Assembly: GCA_023253435.1 (NCBI GenBank)
Contig: JALRGJ010000001.1
Location: 1-36,543 of the forward strand
Source: Ilumatobacteraceae bacterium
GTDB lineage: Bacteria > Actinomycetota > Acidimicrobiia > Acidimicrobiales > Ilumatobacteraceae
Reading direction: 5' to 3'
DNA: 36,543 nucleotides
The notes under the pieces: generated by a model
What the model was told of the DNA's origin: nothing
The model's input: the letters and a program-made list of their open reading frames with translations, nothing else
Databases searched by the model: none
Translations under genes and position numbers: made by a program
In this document: in pieces, positions 26,767 to 35,354 of the stretch
Layout of the letters: every line of letters starts with the position of its first letter
How positions within the stretch are numbered: the stretch's first letter is position 1

Positions 26767-27516
26767 ATGGATGTCACATTTTCCAAACTGAAGCGACTTA
26801 ATTTGTGGGCCGCAGTCTTGCACTTAGTGCAAGGTGTTGCGGTTCTGGCTTTGGCAAATGATTTTGCGCTACCCGTCACAAGTTTTTTCTGGAATTCAGC
26901 ACCAACAAACACTCTAGATATCAATCGTATGGACAGAATGTTTGACGTGTCTATCGCATGGGCAGCTGCAATATTTCTTTTCTTGTCTGCACTGTTTCAT
27001 TTCATCGTTGCAACATCGGGAAGATCGCTTTACGAGCAGGAGATTTCACATCAACAGAACAGGTTCAGATGGGTGGAGTACTCAATTTCATCCACTGTGA
27101 TGATTATGAGCATCTGTCTGGTGTTTGGCATTTCAGATGTTGCTGGACTATTAGGAATCGCAGGAACAAATATTTCAATGATTTTGTTCGGGTGGATCAT
27201 GGAAGTTGTTAATAAGCCAGGAAATAAAGTGTGGTGGACCCCATTTTGGTTTGGCTGTATAGCAGGAATAATGCCGTGGCTTGGATTATTGGTGTACCTG
27301 TTTGGTCCTGGTGACGACATGCCAACATTTGTGTACGGAATTTTCATCACCATATTTATTTTCTTTAACTTGTTTGCTCTGAATCAGTACTTGCAATACA
27401 AACAAGTGGGGAAGTGGACAAGTTATGTTTATGGCGAACGGGTCTATCTCATCTTGAGTCTCACTGCAAAGAGTGCCCTTGCGTGGCAGCTTTACGGCAA
27501 CACGTTAAGTAACTAA
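26767..27516 (+). CDS. Heliorhodopsin (retinal-binding 7-TM protein)
   Basis: 249 aa with seven hydrophobic helices. The family-typical blocks are VLALANDFALP, FRWVEYSISS (counter-ion Glu, codon 27076-27078), ILFGW, PFWFGCIAGIMPW and ILSLTAKSALAWQ (Schiff-base Lys, codon 27469-27471). These match my recollection of heliorhodopsin 48C12. It lacks the RYxDW / DTx motifs of type-1 rhodopsins. The start at 26767 is preferred over 26752 because of the AAGGAG SD. Confidence 0.9.
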   Translation: MDVTFSKLKRLNLWAAVLHLVQGVAVLALANDFALPVTSFFWNSAPTNTLDINRMDRMFDVSIAWAAAIFLFLSALFHFIVATSGRSLYEQEISHQQNRFRWVEYSISSTVMIMSICLVFGISDVAGLLGIAGTNISMILFGWIMEVVNKPGNKVWWTPFWFGCIAGIMPWLGLLVYLFGPGDDMPTFVYGIFITIFIFFNLFALNQYLQYKQVGKWTSYVYGERVYLILSLTAKSALAWQLYGNTLSN

Positions 27517-27525
27517 AAGTTCTTT

Positions 27526-28482
27526 ATGAGACTTGGATCGTTTATTGATGGAGCAATGGATGCGCTTGTTGTACCTGGATTTTCGCGGGTTGGATATGCA
27601 ATTCGCTCCACACAATTCTCATCTCTTAGGTCTTATTCGCTCTCAGGTAAAACAGTGGTTGTTACGGGCCCTACCTCAGGCCTGGGGAATGCACTTGCGG
27701 AACAATTGGCCTCTATGAATGCGAACTTGGTATTAGTAGGAAGATCTGCAGAAAAACTCCGCATTACAATCGGGGCTCTGCATAAGCAGTTCCCTGCAGT
27801 CAACGTTGTCTCTGTAGTTGCTGACATGAGTGATTTACATTCGGTGCGAGAAGCTTCTCAAGAAATCTCAACACAGTGCCCTCAAATTCATGCGCTAGTG
27901 CATAACGCTGGAGCGTTGTTAAAGAACAGAGAGCAGACTGCTCAAAATCTCGAAACGACCATTGCATGTCATGTAGTTGGTCCACATCTAATGACTTCGC
28001 TTCTACTACCCGTTTTAAGAGCTTCACACGGCCGTGTCATCACGGTGTCATCTGGAGGAATGTACGCAGCAACTCTGACAGATATAAAACATGGAGAATC
28101 TCCTGAAATGTCGCCAGAGAAATACGATGGCACGAGGCAGTATGCAATTGCCAAGCGACTTCAAGTCACATTGAATGAAATGTGGGCCGAGCGTGAGCCA
28201 GGAATTGCATTTGCCGCTATGCATCCTGGATGGGCAGATACTCCCGGGGTCCAGGCTTCATTGCCAACGTTTCGACTATTGACTAAGCCGTTTCTCCGGT
28301 CTCCAGAGCAAGGAGCAGACACAATTGCCTGGTTGGTTGCAGATGACACGATTCTGAGGAAGAGCGGAAAATTTTGGTGTGATCGAGAAGTGCGTTCTAT
28401 TCACAAAACAGGCAAATCTAGAAAGTCTGATACTCGTGAGGCGCGCGAAGCACTCTGGGAATGGTGTCAAAAATACATCTGA
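27526..28482 (+). CDS. Short-chain dehydrogenase/reductase (SDR), DHRS12-like
   Basis: It has the cofactor motif VVVTGPTSGLGNALA, NAG (VHNAGA), the catalytic YxxxK (YAIAK) and the DHRS12-type C-terminal block HPGWADTPGV...LRSPEQGADTIAWL...SGKFWCDR. It starts 9 nt after the heliorhodopsin stop. Confidence 0.88.
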   Translation: MRLGSFIDGAMDALVVPGFSRVGYAIRSTQFSSLRSYSLSGKTVVVTGPTSGLGNALAEQLASMNANLVLVGRSAEKLRITIGALHKQFPAVNVVSVVADMSDLHSVREASQEISTQCPQIHALVHNAGALLKNREQTAQNLETTIACHVVGPHLMTSLLLPVLRASHGRVITVSSGGMYAATLTDIKHGESPEMSPEKYDGTRQYAIAKRLQVTLNEMWAEREPGIAFAAMHPGWADTPGVQASLPTFRLLTKPFLRSPEQGADTIAWLVADDTILRKSGKFWCDREVRSIHKTGKSRKSDTREAREALWEWCQKYI

Positions 28483-28551
28483 TTCGCTTCTTCAAGTCGT
28501 GATGCCTCATGTGAGTGGGGCAAGATGAAGAGACACAACTGGGGGAGCGTC

Positions 28552-29253
28552 ATGACAGACAAATTGCATAGTGGTAGCCAAGAACACGCAGTCATTGTGA
28601 ATGAGCGTCGAAGTATTCGCGGCTACAAAAAACAAGCAGTTCCCAAAGAATTGCTTGAAGAAGTCATCAGTATTGCCAAGCGTGCGCCATCTTCCATGAA
28701 CACTCAACCCTGGCATTTCCATGTGGTCACAGGTGATCCCCTAGAAAAAATTCGTGAAGGTAATACTTCTCGCATGATGGCTGGAGCAGGAATTGATCGT
28801 GAGATCAAGTTGAGCCATGGATATGAAGGAGTGCACCGAGATAGGCAAGTTGAAATTGCTGTGCAACTGTTTGAAGCCATGGGAATTGCGCGTGATGACA
28901 AAGAGCGCAGACAAGATTGGGTCATGCGTGGTTTCCGACAGTTTGATGCTCCAGTATCAATTGTGATCACCATCGATAAAGAACTTGCGTCAGACACAAT
29001 TGCTCATTTTGATTGTGGCGCAGTTACGTATGGTTTGGTTTTGGCGGCGTGGTCAAAAGGTCTTGGTTCTGTGATTAATGGACAAGGCATCATGCAGTCT
29101 TCTGTTGTTCGAGAATTTGCAAATATTCCAGAGAACGAAGTGATTATGACGTGCGTTGCGATGGGATTTCCCGATGAAGAGTTTGTTGCAAATCATGTGC
29201 AATCACGAAGAGCGGGAAATGACACAACTGCCTCATTCGTGGGTTTTGACTGA
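28552..29253 (+). CDS. Nitroreductase family (FMN-dependent) protein
   Basis: It has RRSIRGYKK and APSSMNTQPWHF. The start at the ATG at 28552 (MTDKL...) is preceded by GGGGGAG. The alternative ATG is at 28525. Confidence 0.85.
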   Translation: MTDKLHSGSQEHAVIVNERRSIRGYKKQAVPKELLEEVISIAKRAPSSMNTQPWHFHVVTGDPLEKIREGNTSRMMAGAGIDREIKLSHGYEGVHRDRQVEIAVQLFEAMGIARDDKERRQDWVMRGFRQFDAPVSIVITIDKELASDTIAHFDCGAVTYGLVLAAWSKGLGSVINGQGIMQSSVVREFANIPENEVIMTCVAMGFPDEEFVANHVQSRRAGNDTTASFVGFD

Positions 29254-29266
29254 CTAGAGTTTCTTG

Positions 29267-30910
29267 ATGCGCCAAGACATCACAGTTTTTAGAGCAAAAC
29301 AAATCATCACTCTTGATGCAGGACAACCGATTGCGCAGGCAGTTGCCGTGATGGACGGCCGAGTGTTGCATAGTGGTTCATTCGAAGATGTGCTGGCTGA
29401 TCTTTCTAGCTACAACATTTCGGTTGATGATTCGTTTGGCGACAAAGTGATTGTTCCTGGATTTATTGAGGCTCATTGCCACCTTCAACAAGAAGGTGCT
29501 CTCGTCCAATTTCCTTGGGTGGGCTCATATGACCGAACTGGGGCGGACGGAAGTATTCAATTTGGTTGTCCGGATACAGATTCAGTCATGGACAAAATTC
29601 ACCGAGTACATGCTGATACATCTGATCCTCACAGTCCACTTACTTTTTTGGGTTGGGATCCAAATTTGGCGAACAGTAGTGGGCTGACAAAGGACATGTT
29701 GGACCGTGTATCTGAGACGCGTCCGATTTTTGTGCTGCAGTCAAACGGCCATGTTGGTCACTGCAATAGCGCAATGTTGCAACTTGCAGAAATAACTTCT
29801 GCAAGCACAGAACATGGGGTGATGAAGTTTGGTAACGGAGAACCAACCGGCGAACTTCGCGAACTTTCATTGTCTTTAGTTTTAGGAAAACATGTGAATT
29901 TGGCTCCACGAGGTGACCTCAGCACCCTCAACGGTGGAAGATTGGCACAAATAGCGGGGTGCACCACGGTTACCGACTTGGCATTTGGAGCCACTACTAA
30001 TGCAGTGACTACATATGCCGCTGTTGTCAATGAAGAGCAGTTTCCAACAAGAGTTGTATATGCACCAATGGCGCAATCGTTAGCGCCACGGTTCAAGGAA
30101 GGAACCTTGGAACACATTCAAGGTTTACGTCAATTTGACTCTCAGAAATTTCAGATGGGACCTGTGAAATTTTTGATCGACGGTTCTATCCAGGGGCGAT
30201 CTGCTCGCTTGGATTGGCCCGGCTATTGCTGCGGCGATCCAAACGGAATGTGGGTTGCTGAACCGAATGAGATGTTTGAACTCATGAGGCCATATCACAG
30301 AGCTGGTTTTCAATTAGCTCTCCATACAAATGGGGATGAGGCCATCAATGGCGGGCTGGATGTGTATGAGCGATTATTGCTTGATCATCCTCGATGGGAT
30401 CACCGCCATCGATTGGAACACGCGCAACTAGCAACTGAAGATGCTTTTCGGAGAATGAAAGCGTTGGGCGTGTGTGTCAATTTGTTTGCTAACCATGTGT
30501 ATTACTGGGGTGACACACACAGGACCGCAACTGCAGGGCCAGCTAAAGCCAGGCGACTAGACGCTTGTGGTACTGCGGAAAGGTTGGGAGTCCCGTATTC
30601 CATCCATTGTGATGCTCCGGTGACCCCTCTCAATCCCTTATTCACCATGTGGTGTGCCGTGAATCGAGTGACTTCTAGTGGCTACCAGTTAGGTGATGCG
30701 GAAAAGATCACACCTGTGCAAGCACTACAAGCAGCAACCATTAATGCGGCTTATTTGTTAAAGACGGACAACCTGACAGGTTCCATAGAGGTGGGTAAGC
30801 ATGCTGATTTTGCAGTGCTTAGCGAAAATCCCACTACCTGTGACCCTATGGGGATCAAAGATATTGATGTTCATGCAACAGTTCTGTCTGGAGCAGTGCA
30901 TCAAAATTGA
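29267..30910 (+). CDS. Metal-dependent amidohydrolase (Amidohydro_3 / YtcJ-like)
   Basis: It has the HxH metal site GFIEAHCHL, ALHTNGD and IHCDAPV. The ATG is at 29267; the track start at 29264 is a TTG. Confidence 0.88.
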   Translation: MRQDITVFRAKQIITLDAGQPIAQAVAVMDGRVLHSGSFEDVLADLSSYNISVDDSFGDKVIVPGFIEAHCHLQQEGALVQFPWVGSYDRTGADGSIQFGCPDTDSVMDKIHRVHADTSDPHSPLTFLGWDPNLANSSGLTKDMLDRVSETRPIFVLQSNGHVGHCNSAMLQLAEITSASTEHGVMKFGNGEPTGELRELSLSLVLGKHVNLAPRGDLSTLNGGRLAQIAGCTTVTDLAFGATTNAVTTYAAVVNEEQFPTRVVYAPMAQSLAPRFKEGTLEHIQGLRQFDSQKFQMGPVKFLIDGSIQGRSARLDWPGYCCGDPNGMWVAEPNEMFELMRPYHRAGFQLALHTNGDEAINGGLDVYERLLLDHPRWDHRHRLEHAQLATEDAFRRMKALGVCVNLFANHVYYWGDTHRTATAGPAKARRLDACGTAERLGVPYSIHCDAPVTPLNPLFTMWCAVNRVTSSGYQLGDAEKITPVQALQAATINAAYLLKTDNLTGSIEVGKHADFAVLSENPTTCDPMGIKDIDVHATVLSGAVHQN

Positions 30911-30937
30911 AATGACTCATTGAAATTGTTGAGACTT

Positions 30938-31549
30938 TTACTTCTCGCCAAAGAGAAGATGGAGAACTGACTCATTCATAATCTTCTCCCACTGAGCAAC
31001 GTCAATGGTGCTTCCATCCATATTGCTGAGAACTTTTCCGAGAATCGCGCCGTTATACCAAGCTACTGCTGCTCGTAGATCTACATCTTGGTTAATAAAA
31101 CCTGATTGTTGAAAAGGTGAGAGCGCCTTTGCAATCTCATCAACAACTTGATTGTGTGATTCGGCAATTCGAAGAGTAAGAGAGTCACGAGCAAACGCAG
31201 AACCAAGTGCATTTAGTCGCTTCCAACGAACTTCAACTTGTGCAGGTTTATCGTGCCGAGAGAACAGTGCTTTGACAACCTCTCGTAAGTCTTCTTTTGT
31301 TTTAACTTTGGTGAGCTCATTATTAAAAAATTCTGCATCAGACAAGATACTGCGAAGAAAACGCTCAGCTTGAGCCTCTTCAACGAGACCCTCTCGATTT
31401 CCAAAATAGTGATAGAGAGTAGGAGGTGTTGTACCAGCTTCTGCAACAATTTGATTTGTACGAATTGCATGTTCGCCGTATTTATCAATGACTTCAATTG
31501 CTAACTCAAGCAGTGTTGATCTCATGTCTCGAGTAGTCATTGCGCTCAA
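30938..31549 (-). CDS. TetR/AcrR family transcriptional regulator
   Basis: HTH: IRTNQIVAEAGTTPPTLYHYFGNREGL. Confidence 0.85.
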   Translation of the reverse strand: MSAMTTRDMRSTLLELAIEVIDKYGEHAIRTNQIVAEAGTTPPTLYHYFGNREGLVEEAQAERFLRSILSDAEFFNNELTKVKTKEDLREVVKALFSRHDKPAQVEVRWKRLNALGSAFARDSLTLRIAESHNQVVDEIAKALSPFQQSGFINQDVDLRAAVAWYNGAILGKVLSNMDGSTIDVAQWEKIMNESVLHLLFGEK

Positions 31550-31586
31550 TCTTATGCTCTTAGAACGACCAGCGAAAGATGATCAA

Positions 31587-32216
31587 TCAGCTTTCTGTGG
31601 GAAACATTGCATCAATAAAGAAAGTGATTAATTTCCACCATTCCTCGGGCGCCGGGCCATTTTCTGCAAGAACATCGATTATGTTTGATCCAATATTGAT
31701 CACATTAAGTGCAGTTGCCACGGAACGAGGGTCAAGGTCGCTACGTAAAAAACCTTTTTGTTGCGCATCTGTCATGAGTTCAACAACCAACTCAAGATGT
31801 CGGGACTGCACATCGTGCATCATTGCTTTCAGTTCTGGATCATTTTGAGTTTCCACCAAAATAGAAAGACGACCCCACCGTTCTTTGACTTGTTTTTTAT
31901 CGTACGGGTCAATGATGAAAGGAAGAATCTGGGCTAAGTAGTCCTCTTTTGAAGTGGAAGTGTTTAAGGCAACTGAAATTGCCGAGATTGTTTCCATGCT
32001 AAAACGTCGGATTTGTTCTGCGATGGCAGCCTTGATGAGACCTTGACGATCTTCAAAGTGCCAGTACAGGGAGCCTTTTGTAACTCCCACTTCTTCAACA
32101 ATCTCATCTACTCGAACTGCGTCAATCCCTTTTTCAAGGATTGTTCGAAGTGCAACATCTATGAGTTGAGTACGTGAATCAAGGCTCTTCACCGGCTTTT
32201 TTGATTGCGGCGTCAT
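31587..32216 (-). CDS. TetR/AcrR family transcriptional regulator
   Basis: HTH: VRVDEIVEEVGVTKGSLYWHFEDRQGL. The start overlaps the stop of the upstream Gfo/Idh/MocA gene by 4 nt. Confidence 0.88.
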   Translation of the reverse strand: MTPQSKKPVKSLDSRTQLIDVALRTILEKGIDAVRVDEIVEEVGVTKGSLYWHFEDRQGLIKAAIAEQIRRFSMETISAISVALNTSTSKEDYLAQILPFIIDPYDKKQVKERWGRLSILVETQNDPELKAMMHDVQSRHLELVVELMTDAQQKGFLRSDLDPRSVATALNVINIGSNIIDVLAENGPAPEEWWKLITFFIDAMFPTES

Positions 32217-33286
32217 AGTCCGTACTCTTCAATGTTTACTGGTCTACCTTCGTCGATGGAACGATGCGCTGCTGCCCCCAGCACTACTGACCACATTCCA
32301 GCTAATGCATCTACTTCCACGGGGCCGTTTCCCCGTACCGCTTCCATAAAGTGCACTAGCTCTACGTAACTGGCTCCATGATGAAACCCAACATGTCCTA
32401 CTTCTGTTTCAGAAATCGGAAGCACTGTAAGTTCCTTCTTGTCTCGTAAGCCAAGATACAAATTCCCATCTCCAGGAACGGCCGCTTCTAATTTTCCAGT
32501 ATCACCCACTGCAACAATTTCTTGTTCGTTTCTTCCGCCCTCAGCAAACATGCTGAGGTCAAGTGAGGCTCTCACACCGTTCTCATAATCAACTATGACA
32601 AAGGCGTTATCTAAAATGTCTGAACGCTCGCCATTGTAGAACTCGTCAAGGTGGTTCACATCTTGACCACCACTTGCATAAACCCGAATCGGTTTTGATT
32701 GAGTGGCCAAATTCATCAGATCAAAAAAGTGGCAACACTTCTCCACAAGAGTGCCGCCAGTATTACGGCTAAAACGGTTCCAATTATCAACTTTTGTAAG
32801 GAAGGGAAATCGATGTTCTCTTATAGACAACATCTTCAAATTTCCAATGTCTCCACTATGAAGAGACTCCAAAAATTGTTTAATTGATGGCATGTAGCGA
32901 TATTCAAGACCCACCCAGGTGACTTCGGTTCGAGATTTAGCTTTCTCAACAATTACCTTGCAGTCGTCCACTGTTGTGCACATTGGCTTTTCCACCATGA
33001 CAGGGATACTTGTATTGAGTACATCATCCAAAATTTTTTTGTGTGTGTGATTAGGCGATGCGATGATGAGTGCATCTACTAAATCTGCATTCAATAAATC
33101 TTGGTGATGAGTGAAAGCAGTGACAGAGGACCAATTTTCACCAAGCGTGGCTCTAGCCCAATTCAATGGTTCTTCATTCGGATCTGAAACAGCGGTGACT
33201 ACCGCGTCGCTGATAGGGAGAAGATTGCGTAGGTGTTCGCATCCCATCATTCCTGTGCCGATGACACCAAATCGCATAGTGCTCAT
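32213..33286 (-). CDS. Gfo/Idh/MocA family NAD(P)-dependent oxidoreductase
   Basis: It has the N-terminal Rossmann motif MRFGVIGTGMMGCEHL and the EKP motif VMVEKPMC. Confidence 0.88.
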   Translation of the reverse strand: MSTMRFGVIGTGMMGCEHLRNLLPISDAVVTAVSDPNEEPLNWARATLGENWSSVTAFTHHQDLLNADLVDALIIASPNHTHKKILDDVLNTSIPVMVEKPMCTTVDDCKVIVEKAKSRTEVTWVGLEYRYMPSIKQFLESLHSGDIGNLKMLSIREHRFPFLTKVDNWNRFSRNTGGTLVEKCCHFFDLMNLATQSKPIRVYASGGQDVNHLDEFYNGERSDILDNAFVIVDYENGVRASLDLSMFAEGGRNEQEIVAVGDTGKLEAAVPGDGNLYLGLRDKKELTVLPISETEVGHVGFHHGASYVELVHFMEAVRGNGPVEVDALAGMWSVVLGAAAHRSIDEGRPVNIEEYGL

Positions 33287-33367
33287 TTACCAGAGCCTAC
33301 GCACCGGAAAGAAGTGGCGACACCAGTGCCTCTCCTGACATTTGGGAAACACGAGTAATCTTGCACA

Positions 33368-34273
33368 ATGTCAAACAATCTGGTCTCTGACTCTCTGCGT
33401 CGATTGGGAGAGAACGTAGAAGTTGGCCCCATTGCTTTTGGTTGCTGGCGATTTGTCGGCACATCTGACACAGAGAACGCACGCCTTATCTCTCACGCTG
33501 TGGATCTGGGGATGAATTTTGTAGATAACGCTGATGTCTACGGACTGGATTGGGGTGGGAACGGATTCGGTGCTTGTGAAGATGCTTTAGGGCGAGTACT
33601 CGCATTGCAACCTTCACTTCGCAGCCAAATAGTTCTCGCTACAAAAGGTGGGATTATTCCTGGAGTTCCATACGACTCATCAGGAACGTATCTCATATCT
33701 GCATGTGAAGCATCGTTGCGCAGAATGAATGTTGAACACATTGATCTTTATCAAATTCATCGACCTGACTTATTTACTCACCCTGAAGAAATTGCCGCTG
33801 CATTTGTTTCACTGCGTGATCGAGGCTTGGTATCTATGTTTGGGGTTACTAATTACACACCTGCGCAAATATCAGCATTGGCTGCATTTGTGGATGAACC
33901 ACTTGTTTCTTCACAGGTCGAATTCTCTTGTTCATCATTGAGCCCTCTGCGAGATGGCACTTTAGATATGTGCATAGAACATGAACTCACCCCCTTTGCG
34001 TGGAGTCCGTTGGCAGGTGGGCGTATTGCTACGGGTGAAGGAATTCCCGTGTCTCTTATTTCTGTACTTGATGAATTAGCAGTGAGAGAAAGAGTCTCTC
34101 GTGCTGCAATCGCAATTGCATTTCTACTCGCGCATCCCTCTGATGTTGTTGCGATCGTAGGTACCCAAAACAGTGAACGATTATCAGATGTATCATCGGC
34201 TAAGAGCGTGTGTCTTACTCGTGAGGATGTGTACCGAATCGTGGTGGCCAGTGAGGGTGTGCCATTGCCATGA
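33368..34273 (+). CDS. Aldo/keto reductase
   Basis: It has the AKR catalytic tetrad contexts DNADVYG, LATKGG and IDLYQIHRPD. There is no SD. TAATCT (33356-33361) lies 6 nt upstream of the ATG, suggesting a leaderless transcript. Confidence 0.88.
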   Translation: MSNNLVSDSLRRLGENVEVGPIAFGCWRFVGTSDTENARLISHAVDLGMNFVDNADVYGLDWGGNGFGACEDALGRVLALQPSLRSQIVLATKGGIIPGVPYDSSGTYLISACEASLRRMNVEHIDLYQIHRPDLFTHPEEIAAAFVSLRDRGLVSMFGVTNYTPAQISALAAFVDEPLVSSQVEFSCSSLSPLRDGTLDMCIEHELTPFAWSPLAGGRIATGEGIPVSLISVLDELAVRERVSRAAIAIAFLLAHPSDVVAIVGTQNSERLSDVSSAKSVCLTREDVYRIVVASEGVPLP

Positions 34274-35331
34274 CTTCTGTGCACGGTGAAATGGAGTTCT
34301 CATGGTTTGGTGCGCTCTGCGATGACGACTACGAGCAGATTGGGCTAGTCAACCAAGATCTTCGAAGCAGTTGGGAACATTGTCGCAATATTGTTGTCGA
34401 TGCTGAAAAAGCGGGCTATGACAATATTTTGTTGCCTTCCGGTTACTCACTTGGTATTGACACAGTTTCTTTTGCGTCTTCTATTGCTCCATTGACGTCA
34501 AACATCAAGCTTTTAGTAGCGGTGCGATGTGGTGAGATGTGGCCCCCTCAACTTGCCCGCCAACTTGCAACGCTCAACCAAACATTGAACGGCCGATTGA
34601 CCATCAACATCATTTCTTCTGAGATGCCAGGAGAATCTCTTGGAGGACCCTCTCGCTACGCACGGACATTAGAAGTAATGAATGTGGTTCGCACATTGAT
34701 GAAAGGAGACCGAATTGATCACGATGGTGACTTTTACTCTTTCCACCTTGATGCTCCAAGAATTTCAGTTGAGCAGCCTGTAGACGCACGTTTTTATTTT
34801 GGTGGACTTAGTGATGAAGCAAGGGAAGTAGCTGCCCAGGGCGCAGATGTTTATCTGATGTGGCCCGACACTGAGGACGAAATTGCCCAAATTATTGATG
34901 ATGTGACGCAGCGCGCACATCGATACGGCAGAAAAATTCAATTTGGATACCGGTGCCACGTTGTAGTCCGATCCTCGGAAGAGGAAGCGCTTCAGGCAGC
35001 TCATCACCTCGTAGCTGCAGTTGATGCTGAAGAAGGTGAACGCATCAGATCGAGCTCATTGGATTCACGCAGTATTGGTGTGCGCCGACAAGCAGAACTT
35101 CGAGATACTGCATCTAATGATGGCTTTGCTGAGCCGTATTTATGGACAGGAATAGGGCGAGCCAGAAGCGGTTGTGGGGCTGCGATAGTGGGAACACCCC
35201 AACAAGTTGCAGACAAAATCAATCGCTATCGCAACATGGGAATTAGCGCTTTTATTCTGTCTGGTTACCCGCATAGAGAAGAATGTATGCGATTTGCTAG
35301 AGAAGTTTTGCCTCTGCTCAGGAGTTCGTAA
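34270..35331 (+). CDS. LLM-class flavin-dependent monooxygenase, SsuD (alkanesulfonate monooxygenase)-like
   Basis: The C-terminal block LWTGIGRARSGCGAAIVGTPQQVADKINRYRNMGISAFILSGYPH closely parallels my recollection of E. coli SsuD (LWAGVGLVRGGAGTALVG...SFVLSGYPH). It overlaps the AKR gene by ATGA. Confidence 0.85.
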   Translation: MTSVHGEMEFSWFGALCDDDYEQIGLVNQDLRSSWEHCRNIVVDAEKAGYDNILLPSGYSLGIDTVSFASSIAPLTSNIKLLVAVRCGEMWPPQLARQLATLNQTLNGRLTINIISSEMPGESLGGPSRYARTLEVMNVVRTLMKGDRIDHDGDFYSFHLDAPRISVEQPVDARFYFGGLSDEAREVAAQGADVYLMWPDTEDEIAQIIDDVTQRAHRYGRKIQFGYRCHVVVRSSEEEALQAAHHLVAAVDAEEGERIRSSSLDSRSIGVRRQAELRDTASNDGFAEPYLWTGIGRARSGCGAAIVGTPQQVADKINRYRNMGISAFILSGYPHREECMRFAREVLPLLRSS

Positions 35332-35354
35332 GTTCATCGTGTCAGAATAAATTC

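Noticed and set aside
26500-26924. Two minus-strand ORFs (107 and 94 aa) spanning the giant-gene/heliorhodopsin junction
   Set aside because: They are antisense to the ends of two strongly supported genes and to the structured leader. Their sequences are not protein-like.
26767-27516. Interpretation as a type-1 rhodopsin (proteorhodopsin, actinorhodopsin or xanthorhodopsin)
   Set aside because: It lacks the helix-C RYxDW and DTE/DTx motifs. The helix-G context is AKSALAWQ rather than the type-1 pattern, and the conserved blocks match the heliorhodopsin family instead.
33853-34284. 143-aa minus-strand ORF. The same applies to similar shadow ORFs at 4564-5067, 10660-10959, 31579-31848 and 3343-3732.
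   Set aside because: Each lies antisense to, or out of frame within, a motif-supported gene and has no independent support.
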